A DNA stretch of 64,000 nt from Candidatus Doudnabacteria bacterium (GTDB lineage: Bacteria > Patescibacteriota > Doudnabacteria > UBA920 > O2-02-FULL-48-8), in contig JACPFQ010000004.1 of NCBI GenBank assembly GCA_016182875.1, positions 99,203 through 163,202 of the forward strand, read 5' to 3'. Below the pieces are notes generated by a model. That model was not told where the DNA came from and did no database searches. It saw nothing but the letters and a program-made list of their open reading frames with translations. Of the stretch, positions 9,262 through 18,262 are shown piece by piece. Made by a program: the position numbers and the translations under genes. Position 1 is the stretch's first letter. Each line of letters begins with the position of its first letter.

Positions 9262-10002
9262 ATGAGCGGGCACAGCAAATGGGCGCAAATCAAACGGCAA
9301 AAAGCAGTCACCGACGCCAAACGCGGCTCGCTGTTTACGAAGCTGGCCAAGAACATCACGGTGGCTGTGCGCGAAGGCGGGGGAACGGACCCTTCATTCA
9401 ACTTTAAGTTGCGCATGGCCATTGAGCAGGCGCGCGACGCCGCCATGCCCAACGAAAACATTGACCGCGCCGTCAAACGCGGCAGTGGAGAAGGAAAAGA
9501 GGCGATTGAGCAAGTGGCTTACGAAGGCTATGGGCCAGGAGGGTCGGCATTTATCGTGGAGGCGGTCACAGACAACAAAAACCGAACGACTGCCAATGTC
9601 CGAAGTATTTTTGACAAGCATGGCGGACGATTAGGCGAACAAGGATCCGTTGGTTGGATGTTCGAATCCAAAGGGCAGATCCTGATTGAAAACTCCGCCT
9701 TCGCTAAAGCTTCGGCGGACAAGCAGCCTGGCAATCTCGCACTCGAGCTGATTGACCAAGGGGTCGAGGACGTAAAAGAAACTGAAAACGGCTTGGAAGT
9801 TTATACGCTTCCCCTTGACTTGGAAAAAACCAAGAAATTCATTGAGGACAAAAAAATCAAAATCTTAAGCTCTGAGCTAATCATGCGCCCGGCGCAAAAC
9901 CTGGAAGTCGCAGAACAGGATAAGAAAAAAGTCCAGAATCTAATCAATGCCCTGCAAGACGATGATGACGTAGTAAACGTCCATAGCAACGTTAATTTGT
10001 AA
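9262..10002 (+). CDS. yebC: YebC/PmpR-family probable transcriptional regulator
   Basis: MSGHSKWAQIKRQK...GGTDPSFNFKLR signature. Confidence 0.9.
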   Translation: MSGHSKWAQIKRQKAVTDAKRGSLFTKLAKNITVAVREGGGTDPSFNFKLRMAIEQARDAAMPNENIDRAVKRGSGEGKEAIEQVAYEGYGPGGSAFIVEAVTDNKNRTTANVRSIFDKHGGRLGEQGSVGWMFESKGQILIENSAFAKASADKQPGNLALELIDQGVEDVKETENGLEVYTLPLDLEKTKKFIEDKKIKILSSELIMRPAQNLEVAEQDKKKVQNLINALQDDDDVVNVHSNVNL

Positions 10003-10086
10003 TTTTAAATTATCAATTTTAAATATAATTTTTATTATTTAAATATTTTATTTAAAATTTAAAACTATAAATTTAAAATTTTTCTC
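10003..10086. other. Almost pure A+T spacer (~84 bp) with TTTAAA/AAATTTAAAA repeats between yebC and ruvC
   Basis: Only three non-A/T bases across the tract; repeated ttaaat/aatttaaaa units. Confidence 0.5.
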
Positions 10087-10563
10087 ATGATTATTCTAGG
10101 AATTGACCCGGGCATTGGCCGCACCGGCTACGCCTTCCTGCAAAAAACAGGCGTAAAAATTACGCTGCTTGAAAGCGGCTGCATCACTACCAAGCCCGGC
10201 GGGCAGGAAGCCCACCGCCTGGCTGAAATAAAAAAAGACCTGGGGGCCTTAATCAGAAAACGGAAGCCTGATGCTCTGGCGGTTGAGTCTTTGTTTTTTG
10301 CTGCGAACACCAAAACAGCCATGAGCGTTGGGCAAGCCAAGGGAGTAATATTGCTTGCCGCGGCTGAGTCTAAACTGAAAATAGTGGAACTGACCCCCTT
10401 GCAGGTCAAAATGTCGGCCACCGGCTACGGCAAAGCTGACAAAACCCAGGTTCAGCGCATGGTGGCGAAACTTTTGAACCTAAAAAAAATTCCCAAGCCA
10501 GACGACGCCGCAGATGCGTGCGCCATAGCTTGGGCGGGGATAGGCCAGCGGACTACTGGCTGA
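10087..10563 (+). CDS. ruvC: Holliday junction resolvase RuvC
   Basis: MIILGIDPGIGRTGYAF...; RuvC fold and acidic catalytic residues. Confidence 0.9.
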   Translation: MIILGIDPGIGRTGYAFLQKTGVKITLLESGCITTKPGGQEAHRLAEIKKDLGALIRKRKPDALAVESLFFAANTKTAMSVGQAKGVILLAAAESKLKIVELTPLQVKMSATGYGKADKTQVQRMVAKLLNLKKIPKPDDAADACAIAWAGIGQRTTG

Positions 10564-10577
10564 AGTCGCGTAGTCCT

Positions 10578-10826
10578 TCAAGGTTCGCGGCGCGCATGAA
10601 CAGAAAAGTCCTGGGGCCTCTCCGCTACTTCGCGCACTGCCGCAGGAGAAGGCTCAATGCCGCCATGCGGCATCACCAGTCCAGTCCTGTCCCGTTCACT
10701 CGCTTCGTAATCGGCAAACGCCGAGTCGATTCGCCCTTTGAGGCTGAGCTTGTATGCGCCGACTAGATGGCCGGGCAGATCATCCACTGCCTGCAACACT
10801 CTCTGCTTGAGTTCCTCGTAGTTCAT
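10578..10826 (-). CDS. Hypothetical small protein (82 aa) in a GC-rich islet; second gene of a translationally coupled pair
   Basis: ATGA overlap with the upstream gene; SD GAGGAGGG 3 nt before the ATG; local G+C clearly above flanks. Confidence 0.4.
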   Translation of the reverse strand: MNYEELKQRVLQAVDDLPGHLVGAYKLSLKGRIDSAFADYEASERDRTGLVMPHGGIEPSPAAVREVAERPQDFSVHARREP

Positions 10827-11059
10827 ATACCCTCCTCACTTTTTCCTAATGAGCCGGCTGCGGGCGGAGCGGCTTCGGCGCCACACGCCTCGTCGATGAT
10901 CTGCCTGGCATCGTCGCGCTCGTTGAGCATGAACCTCATCCCGCGCAGCGTCAAACCCCCGTCCTTTCCGCGGGATCCCTTGACGAACTCCGCAATCACC
11001 TCTTCCGGGACCTTGCGCCGCTGCAGAGCCGCCGTGAACCGCCCAATGCTGGGATTCAT
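10823..11059 (-). CDS. Hypothetical small basic protein (78 aa from MNPSIG); first gene of the coupled pair
   Basis: SD AAGGAGGAA 4 nt upstream of ATG at 11059; the track ORF extends to 11134 without an RBS. Confidence 0.4.
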   Translation of the reverse strand: MNPSIGRFTAALQRRKVPEEVIAEFVKGSRGKDGGLTLRGMRFMLNERDDARQIIDEACGAEAAPPAAGSLGKSEEGI

Positions 11060-11144
11060 CGCTTCCTCCTTCGCCACTGTGCGTGCCGGCAAACGCGCCG
11101 GCAAACAAGCATATAAAGATACCATTAAGCACATAATAAAGCAA

Positions 11145-11162
11145 CCCTGACGAAAGTCAGGG
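11145..11162 (-). terminator. Hairpin (CCCTGAC-GAAA-GTCAGGG) downstream of tyrS on the minus strand
   Basis: Perfect 7-bp stem with a GNRA-type loop; on the minus strand it is followed by a T-rich tract. Confidence 0.4.
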
Positions 11163-11251
11163 GTCTGTGTTTGTAGCGTGCCGATTCATCGGCTCGAGCT
11201 GATAAATCAGCGCGCTACATGAGATGCTGAATCAAGTTCAGCGTTACGGAT

Positions 11252-12415
11252 CTATATAATCTTTATGAATTTTCTTTTGCCGACCTGAATCAGAGCGCCT
11301 GACTCAACTTTTGTTTCTTCAGAAGCCACCTCATCATTCACTCTAACACCTTTTTGATCGAGCAGCCTTTTGGCTTCACTTTTACTCGGGGCCAATTTCG
11401 TTTCGACCAAGACATCAACTATATTTTCTGACTTAACTTTAACTTCCTCGATCTCGCTCGGTTTTTCCTTATTGCTAAAAATCTTTTCCCATTCTTTGGA
11501 GGCTTGTGCCGCTGCTTGCCGGCCATGGTAAAGCGTAACAATTTCTTCGGCCAGCCGTTTCTTAATGTCGCGGGGGTTTGCTCCGGCTGCCAGCTCCTGC
11601 TCAAGCGCTTTCACCTCATCCATGGGCACGCTCGTTGCCAGCTCAAAGTACTCAAGTATCAATGAATCTTCAATCGTCATGGCCTTGCTCAGCATCTCAA
11701 ACGGCTCTTCCTCAATCGCAATAAAGTTGTTCAGGGTCTTGCCCATCTTCTGCCCGTCTGTGCCGACGAGGTATTTGGCCAGCAGGATGTCCTGAGGCTC
11801 AAGATCATGAGACCGCATCAACTCACGGCCGGTCAGCAAATTGAATTTCTGGTCCAGCCCCCCGAGCTCCACATCGGCCTTTATGGCCACCGAATCGTAC
11901 GCTTGCACCATTGGGTAAAGAAGCTCGTGCAGAGCCAATGGCCGGCCCTCTTTCAAACGATTCCTGAACGTCTCGTGGGACGTAATCCACCCGGCGGAAA
12001 GTTTTGACGCTTCTTTGATAACATCGCCAAGTCCAAATTTACCAAACCACTCGGACTGCCGGCGGATTTCCAAACGCTTGCCGTCAAGCACCTTTGATGC
12101 CTGCTGCTCATATGTAGCGAAGTTCTTCTCAATTTCGTTGCTTGTCAACTGAGGACGGGTTTCACTTTTGCCTGACGGGTCGCCGATTGATGCCGTTGTG
12201 TCCCCGATAATTAAAACAGCGGTATGCCCCAAGTCCTGAAAGCGCCGCAAAATTCGAAGCACCACGGCATGTCCTAAATGAAGCTTGGCACCGGTCGGGT
12301 CGATTCCAAGCTTTACTCGCAATTCCTTGCCGCTGTCGAGCTGCTGTTCCAAATGCTTCCGGTCAATAACTTCCGCCACACCGCGCGCAAGCAACTCTTG
12401 AATTTGTTTATTCAT
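11252..12415 (-). CDS. tyrS: Tyrosyl-tRNA synthetase
   Basis: HIGH motif (HLGH), KMSKS-like KMGKT, C-terminal S4-like domain. Confidence 0.92.
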   Translation of the reverse strand: MNKQIQELLARGVAEVIDRKHLEQQLDSGKELRVKLGIDPTGAKLHLGHAVVLRILRRFQDLGHTAVLIIGDTTASIGDPSGKSETRPQLTSNEIEKNFATYEQQASKVLDGKRLEIRRQSEWFGKFGLGDVIKEASKLSAGWITSHETFRNRLKEGRPLALHELLYPMVQAYDSVAIKADVELGGLDQKFNLLTGRELMRSHDLEPQDILLAKYLVGTDGQKMGKTLNNFIAIEEEPFEMLSKAMTIEDSLILEYFELATSVPMDEVKALEQELAAGANPRDIKKRLAEEIVTLYHGRQAAAQASKEWEKIFSNKEKPSEIEEVKVKSENIVDVLVETKLAPSKSEAKRLLDQKGVRVNDEVASEETKVESGALIQVGKRKFIKII

Positions 12416-12468
12416 ATCATCGCCATTATATCAATTTTTTGATACAATAGGAAAACGAAAAACGACAA

Positions 12469-15030
12469 ATGCAATACTTTCACTCCAACTGGAACAAGCA
12501 TTACCGGAAAAATCGGGTTGAAAAAATCCTCTGGCAAGTTTTGGGGTTGCCTGTCTTTTTCCTGAAACAAATTAGGTCAGAAAAAAAACTGCGCCGAAAA
12601 CTCTTGCGCATTGCGATCTACGCAGCCTCGCTTTTTCTTATTGCCGGCAGCCTGACTTTTGCCGCGGTTTCACTTTCGCTGCCTGATCCAAACAAAATCA
12701 ACGCCCGGATCGTGCCGGAGTCGACAAAAATCTATGCGCGCGACGGGACAACCTTGCTTTATGAAATCCACGGCGAAGCCAAACGAACTCTGGTCAATCT
12801 TTCCGACATTCCTGACTATGCCAAACAGGCGACCATTGCCATCGAGGATAAAAATTTCTATCGCAACAAAGGCGTGGACTGGAAAGGTATACTTAGGGCG
12901 GCTATCCGAAACGTAAGTTCCGGCAACCTCACGGGGCAGGGAGGGTCCACGATTACCCAGCAGTTTGTGCGAAACGCCATTTTGACCCGCGAGAAAACAT
13001 TCACGCGCAAAATCAAAGAGGCGGTGCTGGCGATCGAAATGGAGCAAAGGTTCACCAAAGACGAAATTCTCAAGCTCTACCTCAATGAAATCCCATACGG
13101 CCAAAACGCCTACGGCATTGAGGCGGCGGCACAAACCTATTTTGCCAAACACGCCAAAGATTTGACCCTGGCTGAGGCGGCCTACCTCGCCGCCTTGCCT
13201 CAGGCTCCAACCTATTATTCTCCCAATGGCGCCAACCGCGACAAGCTTGATAACCGGAAAAACCTGGTGCTTAAAGCCATGAAAGAGGAGGGTTACATTA
13301 CAGACCAGCAGTACTTGCAGGCTTCGCAAGAAAAAGTCGTCTTTGGCAAAATCAAGGACGCCATCCTCGCCCCGCACTTTGTGCTTTATGTCCAAAGCCT
13401 GCTGGCGGAAAGATATGGCGAAAAAACTTTGGAGGAAGGCGGACTTAAGGTCATCACCACGCTTGATTACAACCTGCAGCAAATCGCCGAAAAAGCTGTC
13501 AGAGAGGGAGTGCAAAAAGATGAAAAATATAATAAGGCCAGCAATGCCGCCCTGGCAGCAATTGACCCTAAAACCGGGCAGATTCTGGCAATGGTCGGGT
13601 CTCGTGATTTTTTTGACGAAGAGCATGACGGGCAGGTCAACGTCGCTCTCCGAGAACGTCAGCCAGGCTCCTCAATCAAACCTTATATTTATGCCGCGGC
13701 GTTCAAAAAAGGCATGGGTCCGGCGACCATGTTAATCGACGTCAAAACCGTTTTTGGAACGTTCGGCGACAAAGAATACGCGCCGTCAAATTACGACGGC
13801 AGCAGCCACGGAATTGTTTCGATGCGCAAGGCTCTGGCCGGATCTTTGAATATCCCGGCAGTCAAAACATTGGCTCTAACCGGAGTGCAGGATGCCATTG
13901 ATACGGCCAAAGATTTAGGGATCACTTCTGACATCAACGCTGACCGCTGCGGGCTGGCCCTGGTCTTAGGCGGATGTGAAATCAAGCTCCTTGACCATGT
14001 AGCAAGCATGGGCGTATTTGCTGCCAGCGGCATTAAGCATGAAAAAACACCGATTCTAAAAATCACAGACAGCAGGGGGCGGTTGCTTGAAGAATATCAG
14101 GAAGGCCGCGGAGAAGAGATGATTGATCCGCAAATCGCCTACCAATTAACCAACATCATGTCGGATAACGACGCCCGGGCCTTTATCTTCGGCGCCAAAT
14201 CTCCGTTGGTTCTTCCGGATAGAGTCGTGGCGGCCAAAACCGGGACAACTCAGCAGTGGAAAGACGGATGGACCGTCGGATTTACCCCGTCACTGGCGGC
14301 GGGAGTATGGCGGGGGAATAATGATTCAACTCCCATGAGGGCCGGAGCCGACGGCGTGATTGTCGCGGCCCCGATTTGGAATCAATTCATGCGGGAGGCA
14401 CTAAAGGGCACTCCACCCGAACAGTTCCTCGAACCAGAAGGAATCCAGCATATTTTGGTAGACAGCATTTCGGGCAAACTTCCCACGGAATATACGCCTT
14501 CAACCAAAACTGAAATTTTTACTAGTTTCAGCCTGCCTAAAGACTATGACGATGTGCACACCGCCGTTAAGGTCAACCGCTTAAACGGCAAGCGCACTAA
14601 TGAACTAACACCTCCCGAGCTGGTTGAGACCCGAGTTTATACCACAATCCACTCGGAATTGCCCCACAATCCCAACTGGGAAGAGCCGGTCAGGGCCTGG
14701 GCCGCAAACGCGGGTTATGGCAACCCTCCCAGCGAGTATGACGACGGTTCGGTCAACCCCAATTTGGGCTACATCCGGTTTACCAGCCCAGTCAATGACC
14801 AAACCATAATCCAGCTTCCGTTTATAGTCGAAGTCGATGTCGGCAGTCTGCCGGTAATCTTAATGGATTTGAGCTTGGAAGGGGAATACGTTGGAACAAA
14901 AACCTCGATCCCCTATGCGTTTCAAATTAACACCGCCCGAAAAGGCTGGCAGACGCTGACTGCCACAGCGCAACTTACAAACGGCGACTTGATACAAAAC
15001 AGCATTCGAATTAACGTCGTATTCGAATGA
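12469..15030 (+). CDS. Penicillin-binding protein 1A family (GT51 transglycosylase + transpeptidase)
   Basis: GT51 motifs (IAIEDKNFYRNKGVD, GGSTITQQ) and transpeptidase SxxK/SxN/KTGT motifs (SSIK, KTGTT). Confidence 0.9.
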   Translation: MQYFHSNWNKHYRKNRVEKILWQVLGLPVFFLKQIRSEKKLRRKLLRIAIYAASLFLIAGSLTFAAVSLSLPDPNKINARIVPESTKIYARDGTTLLYEIHGEAKRTLVNLSDIPDYAKQATIAIEDKNFYRNKGVDWKGILRAAIRNVSSGNLTGQGGSTITQQFVRNAILTREKTFTRKIKEAVLAIEMEQRFTKDEILKLYLNEIPYGQNAYGIEAAAQTYFAKHAKDLTLAEAAYLAALPQAPTYYSPNGANRDKLDNRKNLVLKAMKEEGYITDQQYLQASQEKVVFGKIKDAILAPHFVLYVQSLLAERYGEKTLEEGGLKVITTLDYNLQQIAEKAVREGVQKDEKYNKASNAALAAIDPKTGQILAMVGSRDFFDEEHDGQVNVALRERQPGSSIKPYIYAAAFKKGMGPATMLIDVKTVFGTFGDKEYAPSNYDGSSHGIVSMRKALAGSLNIPAVKTLALTGVQDAIDTAKDLGITSDINADRCGLALVLGGCEIKLLDHVASMGVFAASGIKHEKTPILKITDSRGRLLEEYQEGRGEEMIDPQIAYQLTNIMSDNDARAFIFGAKSPLVLPDRVVAAKTGTTQQWKDGWTVGFTPSLAAGVWRGNNDSTPMRAGADGVIVAAPIWNQFMREALKGTPPEQFLEPEGIQHILVDSISGKLPTEYTPSTKTEIFTSFSLPKDYDDVHTAVKVNRLNGKRTNELTPPELVETRVYTTIHSELPHNPNWEEPVRAWAANAGYGNPPSEYDDGSVNPNLGYIRFTSPVNDQTIIQLPFIVEVDVGSLPVILMDLSLEGEYVGTKTSIPYAFQINTARKGWQTLTATAQLTNGDLIQNSIRINVVFE

Positions 15031-16166
15031 CAATTCTCTTAGGGTTAATCTTGGCCCTAGTCCCAAGTTACCTCTTGCGTTTTACAATCTTTGGCATCCC
15101 GACCACGGTTTTGGAAATTCTGCTCGTGGTGTTTTTGCTGTTGACGGTTGCAAGATTTAGGATTAAGGATTTAGGTAAACTGAAAAATCTTGGCAAACTC
15201 AACTATGCCATTGCCCTATTTGTTCTTGCTGGAATTGCTGCTGTCATCATCTCTCCGGAACCGCTCAAAGCCTTAGGCCAGCTCAAAGCCTTCATCATTG
15301 AGCCAGTGTTATTTTTTTACGCAATTCTGTTAACAGTCAAAGATCAACAGTCAATGGTCAGGGTTCTGCGCTGGCTGTTTGCAGGAGCAATAATCATAAG
15401 CATGTTTGGGCTTATTCAGTACCTTACCAACCTTGGTCTGCCGCTGCGCTTTTGGGGATCGGGCCTTGAGCCTAAGCGCCTTACTTCCTTTTTTGAATAT
15501 CCAAACGCTCTCGCCTTGTACTTAGGCCCGCTAGTTGTTTTCTTCTTCGCTTTGTTTCTCAAAAAATTCTACTTCATAAACAGGCACTCATTATTAGCAG
15601 GACTTGTAATTATAACAGCGGCGCTGATTTTGACTTATTCCCGCGGCGCTTGGATTGCGGTAATTTTAGCTGTCCTCATATTGTTGTTCAAAACCTACTC
15701 GGCAAAAAAAGCTGTATCGCTGGCAATCGTAATTGTCTTGGCTGGCCTGCTTTTAAGCCCCATAAGAAGCCGCTTAACCTTAACCGACGCCTCATCTCTG
15801 GCTCACAGGGATTTATGGCAGATTTCCATGGATAAAATTGTTCAAAGTCCGATTTTTGGCAATGGCTTATACGGCTTCCGTGATACCTTGCAAAAAGCCC
15901 ATTTTCAGGGTGAAATCCTAAATTACCCCCATAATATAATCTTAAATTTCTGGCTGGAAACGGGGTTATTGGGACTCTTGTCATTTTTTGCCGTTATCTA
16001 TTTAAGCCTTGCTCAATACAAAAAAAGCCCGGCGGCTTTGAAGCTCGGCGCGGCCTTGGCGCTAGTGGCAATTTTACTCCATGGACTAGTCGACGTGCCT
16101 TACTTTAAAAATGATCTGGCGGTGCTGTTTTGGTTTATCTTAAGCCTATTCTTTATTGAAAATTAA
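15027..16166 (+). CDS. O-antigen ligase (Wzy_C)-family polytopic membrane protein
   Basis: Multi-TM protein with the YSRGAWIA segment typical of the O-antigen ligase domain. Confidence 0.7.
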   Translation: MTILLGLILALVPSYLLRFTIFGIPTTVLEILLVVFLLLTVARFRIKDLGKLKNLGKLNYAIALFVLAGIAAVIISPEPLKALGQLKAFIIEPVLFFYAILLTVKDQQSMVRVLRWLFAGAIIISMFGLIQYLTNLGLPLRFWGSGLEPKRLTSFFEYPNALALYLGPLVVFFFALFLKKFYFINRHSLLAGLVIITAALILTYSRGAWIAVILAVLILLFKTYSAKKAVSLAIVIVLAGLLLSPIRSRLTLTDASSLAHRDLWQISMDKIVQSPIFGNGLYGFRDTLQKAHFQGEILNYPHNIILNFWLETGLLGLLSFFAVIYLSLAQYKKSPAALKLGAALALVAILLHGLVDVPYFKNDLAVLFWFILSLFFIEN

Positions 16167-16660
16167 GAATTCTCGATAAACTCAAAAGGATCTTCGGATT
16201 TGGACAGCTTGCTGTTTTTGATAATAACTCGGCGGCTCGGGCCTTCTCCCGTACTTTCCGAAATTAAATCTGAAAACAAAGAAAGATAATTATGGACAAT
16301 CTTTCTTTCATATCCGCTCATGGGGGGTAGGCCCACGCTTCTGCCGCTTGCTCGCGCTTGATGCGCGGCCTTTCTGGCAATTTCCTTGATATAAATTTCC
16401 CTTTTTTCTTTGTAGTCGTCAACGTCCAGGGCAAACGGCAAAGCCTCAAGTCCTTTGCGCTTAAGCAGCAAGTACGTGATGTACTGCAGCGCTTCAAGAT
16501 TCGCGCCCTGCTTGCCAATTAAAAGCTGGGCGTCTGCTGTTTTGATGTTCAAGATCGTCTGATTCTCCTGGCGGCGCTCAAAAACTTCAGCAGCAAAACC
16601 CATCTTGAAAAGAAGTTCAATCAAAGTATCCTTTGCTATTTCTATGTCGCTAAGCGGCAT
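16163..16660 (-). CDS. Jag/KhpB-family RNA-binding protein (KH + R3H)
   Basis: KH-like and R3H-like C-terminal region (RKIVHNYL); conserved position downstream of yidC. Confidence 0.8.
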   Translation of the reverse strand: MPLSDIEIAKDTLIELLFKMGFAAEVFERRQENQTILNIKTADAQLLIGKQGANLEALQYITYLLLKRKGLEALPFALDVDDYKEKREIYIKEIARKAAHQARASGRSVGLPPMSGYERKIVHNYLSLFSDLISESTGEGPSRRVIIKNSKLSKSEDPFEFIENS

Positions 16661-17345
16661 GGGTTTCTTTCCTTAAAATATAATACTGCTGCGCTATTCC
16701 AAACAAGGTCGTAACTATCCAATAAAGCGTCAAGCCTGCGGGAAACTGGAGGCCTATAAAAAAAGTGAAAATAGGAAACATATAAAGAGTCTGCATGCTC
16801 ATGATTTTGCTCATCTGATCGGTGCCCGCCACCTTCGGCAGGCTCAGGCGGCTTTGGAAATACTGCAGCGCCGCGGCCAGAGCAGGCATCCAAACGTTCC
16901 TGTCCTTAAGGTTAATTAGGCCAAGAAACATCGGGTCAATATGCTCCGGCCGCGGCACAAAACTATAAATGCCCTGCAAATTGGCGCCATTGAGGCTCTG
17001 GATAAACACCTGATACAAAGCAATCAGTATCGGCAGCTGGATTAAAAGCGGCAGGCAAGAGCTTAACGGATTAACTTTATGGGTGCTGTATAACTCCATC
17101 ATAGCCTTGGCCTGCTGTTCTTTATTGTCCTTATACTTCTCCTTGATTTCATTCATCTTTGGCTGCAGGTCGGAAAGCGCTTTCTGGTGTCTAAGCGACT
17201 TGTGGAAGGAAGGCAGCAGGGCCAGCCGCACCAGAACCGTAACCAAAATAATTACGGCGCCGATGTCAGGGATGAAATTGTAAAAAAACACCAACAAATT
17301 AAGCAGCGGATAAACCAAAATCTGGTTGAAAAAATCGCTTATCAT
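16650..17345 (-). CDS. yidC: Membrane protein insertase YidC (short form)
   Basis: YidC/Oxa1 core TM helices (LPLLIQLPILIALYQVF); synteny rpmH-rnpA-yidD-yidC-jag. Confidence 0.85.
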   Translation of the reverse strand: MISDFFNQILVYPLLNLLVFFYNFIPDIGAVIILVTVLVRLALLPSFHKSLRHQKALSDLQPKMNEIKEKYKDNKEQQAKAMMELYSTHKVNPLSSCLPLLIQLPILIALYQVFIQSLNGANLQGIYSFVPRPEHIDPMFLGLINLKDRNVWMPALAAALQYFQSRLSLPKVAGTDQMSKIMSMQTLYMFPIFTFFIGLQFPAGLTLYWIVTTLFGIAQQYYILRKETHAA

Positions 17346-17602
17346 GGCAAATCAACTCCACCTAAGCTTCTGGGATTGCAGGCCATAAGCCTTTTTATTA
17401 TTTTGGGCAGACCGGTTACCCCTTCAGCCTGTAAAACCTTTTTTGCGTACATCGAACACGAAGGATAAAATTTGCAATAACCGTAAGGATAAAAAATTCT
17501 TAACAGTCCGTGGTCCGGCGAAATCGTCTTTTGGTAAATCAAAAGCAGCAAAACCAATGGTAAAGCAATTATGCGATTAGTGCTTGTTAAAATTTTTTCC
17601 AT
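17342..17602 (-). CDS. yidD: Membrane protein insertion efficiency factor YidD
   Basis: YPSCSMYAKKVLQAEG...RCNP motif typical of YidD. Confidence 0.85.
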   Translation of the reverse strand: MEKILTSTNRIIALPLVLLLLIYQKTISPDHGLLRIFYPYGYCKFYPSCSMYAKKVLQAEGVTGLPKIIKRLMACNPRSLGGVDLP

Positions 17603-17934
17603 AAATATGCTTGTTTAAAAAGATTCAACAACTCCTGCTCTAGATCCCTGTATCGTTTCCCGCCAGCTTCGTTCTTCACCGTAAGGAGGATGTCCGCTGG
17701 TTTAGTATTTGATAAATTGAGCTGGACAATCCGCTTAAGCCGCCGCTTAACCTGGTTGCGCTTGGTGACTTTGGGAAAAATTTTCTTTGAAACAATAAAA
17801 CCAAAACGCGGATTGTTTTGGTTGGGACGAGAGGTAAAACGCAATCTAAACGAATTTGAGTGAAAAGTCCTGCTGTGTCTGAATTGATTGAACTCCTGCT
17901 CGGTTTTAAGGGTCGTCAATTGGGACTTTCTCAT
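17587..17934 (-). CDS. rnpA: Ribonuclease P protein component
   Basis: Basic 115-aa protein with the RNR-like motif (KRNQVKRRLKRI); between rpmH and yidD. Confidence 0.85.
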   Translation of the reverse strand: MRKSQLTTLKTEQEFNQFRHSRTFHSNSFRLRFTSRPNQNNPRFGFIVSKKIFPKVTKRNQVKRRLKRIVQLNLSNTKPADILLTVKNEAGGKRYRDLEQELLNLFKQAYLWKKF

Positions 17935-18068
17935 TAAACTGTCAGTTTCCGCCTGCCCTTAGCGCGACGACGAGCCAAAACGTTGCGGCCGTTTCGGCTT
18001 TTCATCCTGCTGCGAAAGCCGTGAACTCTCTTTCTTCTTAATTTTTTAGGTCGATAGGTGGGCTGCAT
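17934..18068 (-). CDS. rpmH: 50S ribosomal protein L34 (not in the supplied ORF track; below its length cutoff)
   Basis: Hand translation gives [44 protein letters not shown] (44 aa); the stop TAA overlaps the rnpA ATG (TAATG). Confidence 0.85.
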   Translation of the reverse strand: MQPTYRPKKLRRKRVHGFRSRMKSRNGRNVLARRRAKGRRKLTV

Positions 18069-18262
18069 AAGCTTTCTTACTATACCAACTTTGCCTTAGT
18101 TTGTCACGGGTATTAAACAGTAACAAAGTTTCAACCTCTATTCCACATCATATTAACAGTCATGCAAATTTTTGGCTAAAGTTAGCCAAAAATTTAGGAT
18201 TTACATGTTGATAACTTATCTGTTACAATACCGGAGTTAAAATCATTTTTGAAATCAAACTT
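18069..18262. other. Candidate oriC / dnaA promoter region (rpmH-dnaA intergenic)
   Basis: AT-rich; contains a near-DnaA-box TGTTGATAA (1 mismatch to TGTGGATAA) and TATTCCACA; conserved rpmH/dnaA divergent arrangement. Confidence 0.3.

Noticed and set aside
11252-12468. Looked for a T-box leader upstream of tyrS
   Set aside because: Only ~53 bp separate the tyrS start (12415, minus) from the PBP gene start (12469, plus); this is too short for a T-box riboswitch.
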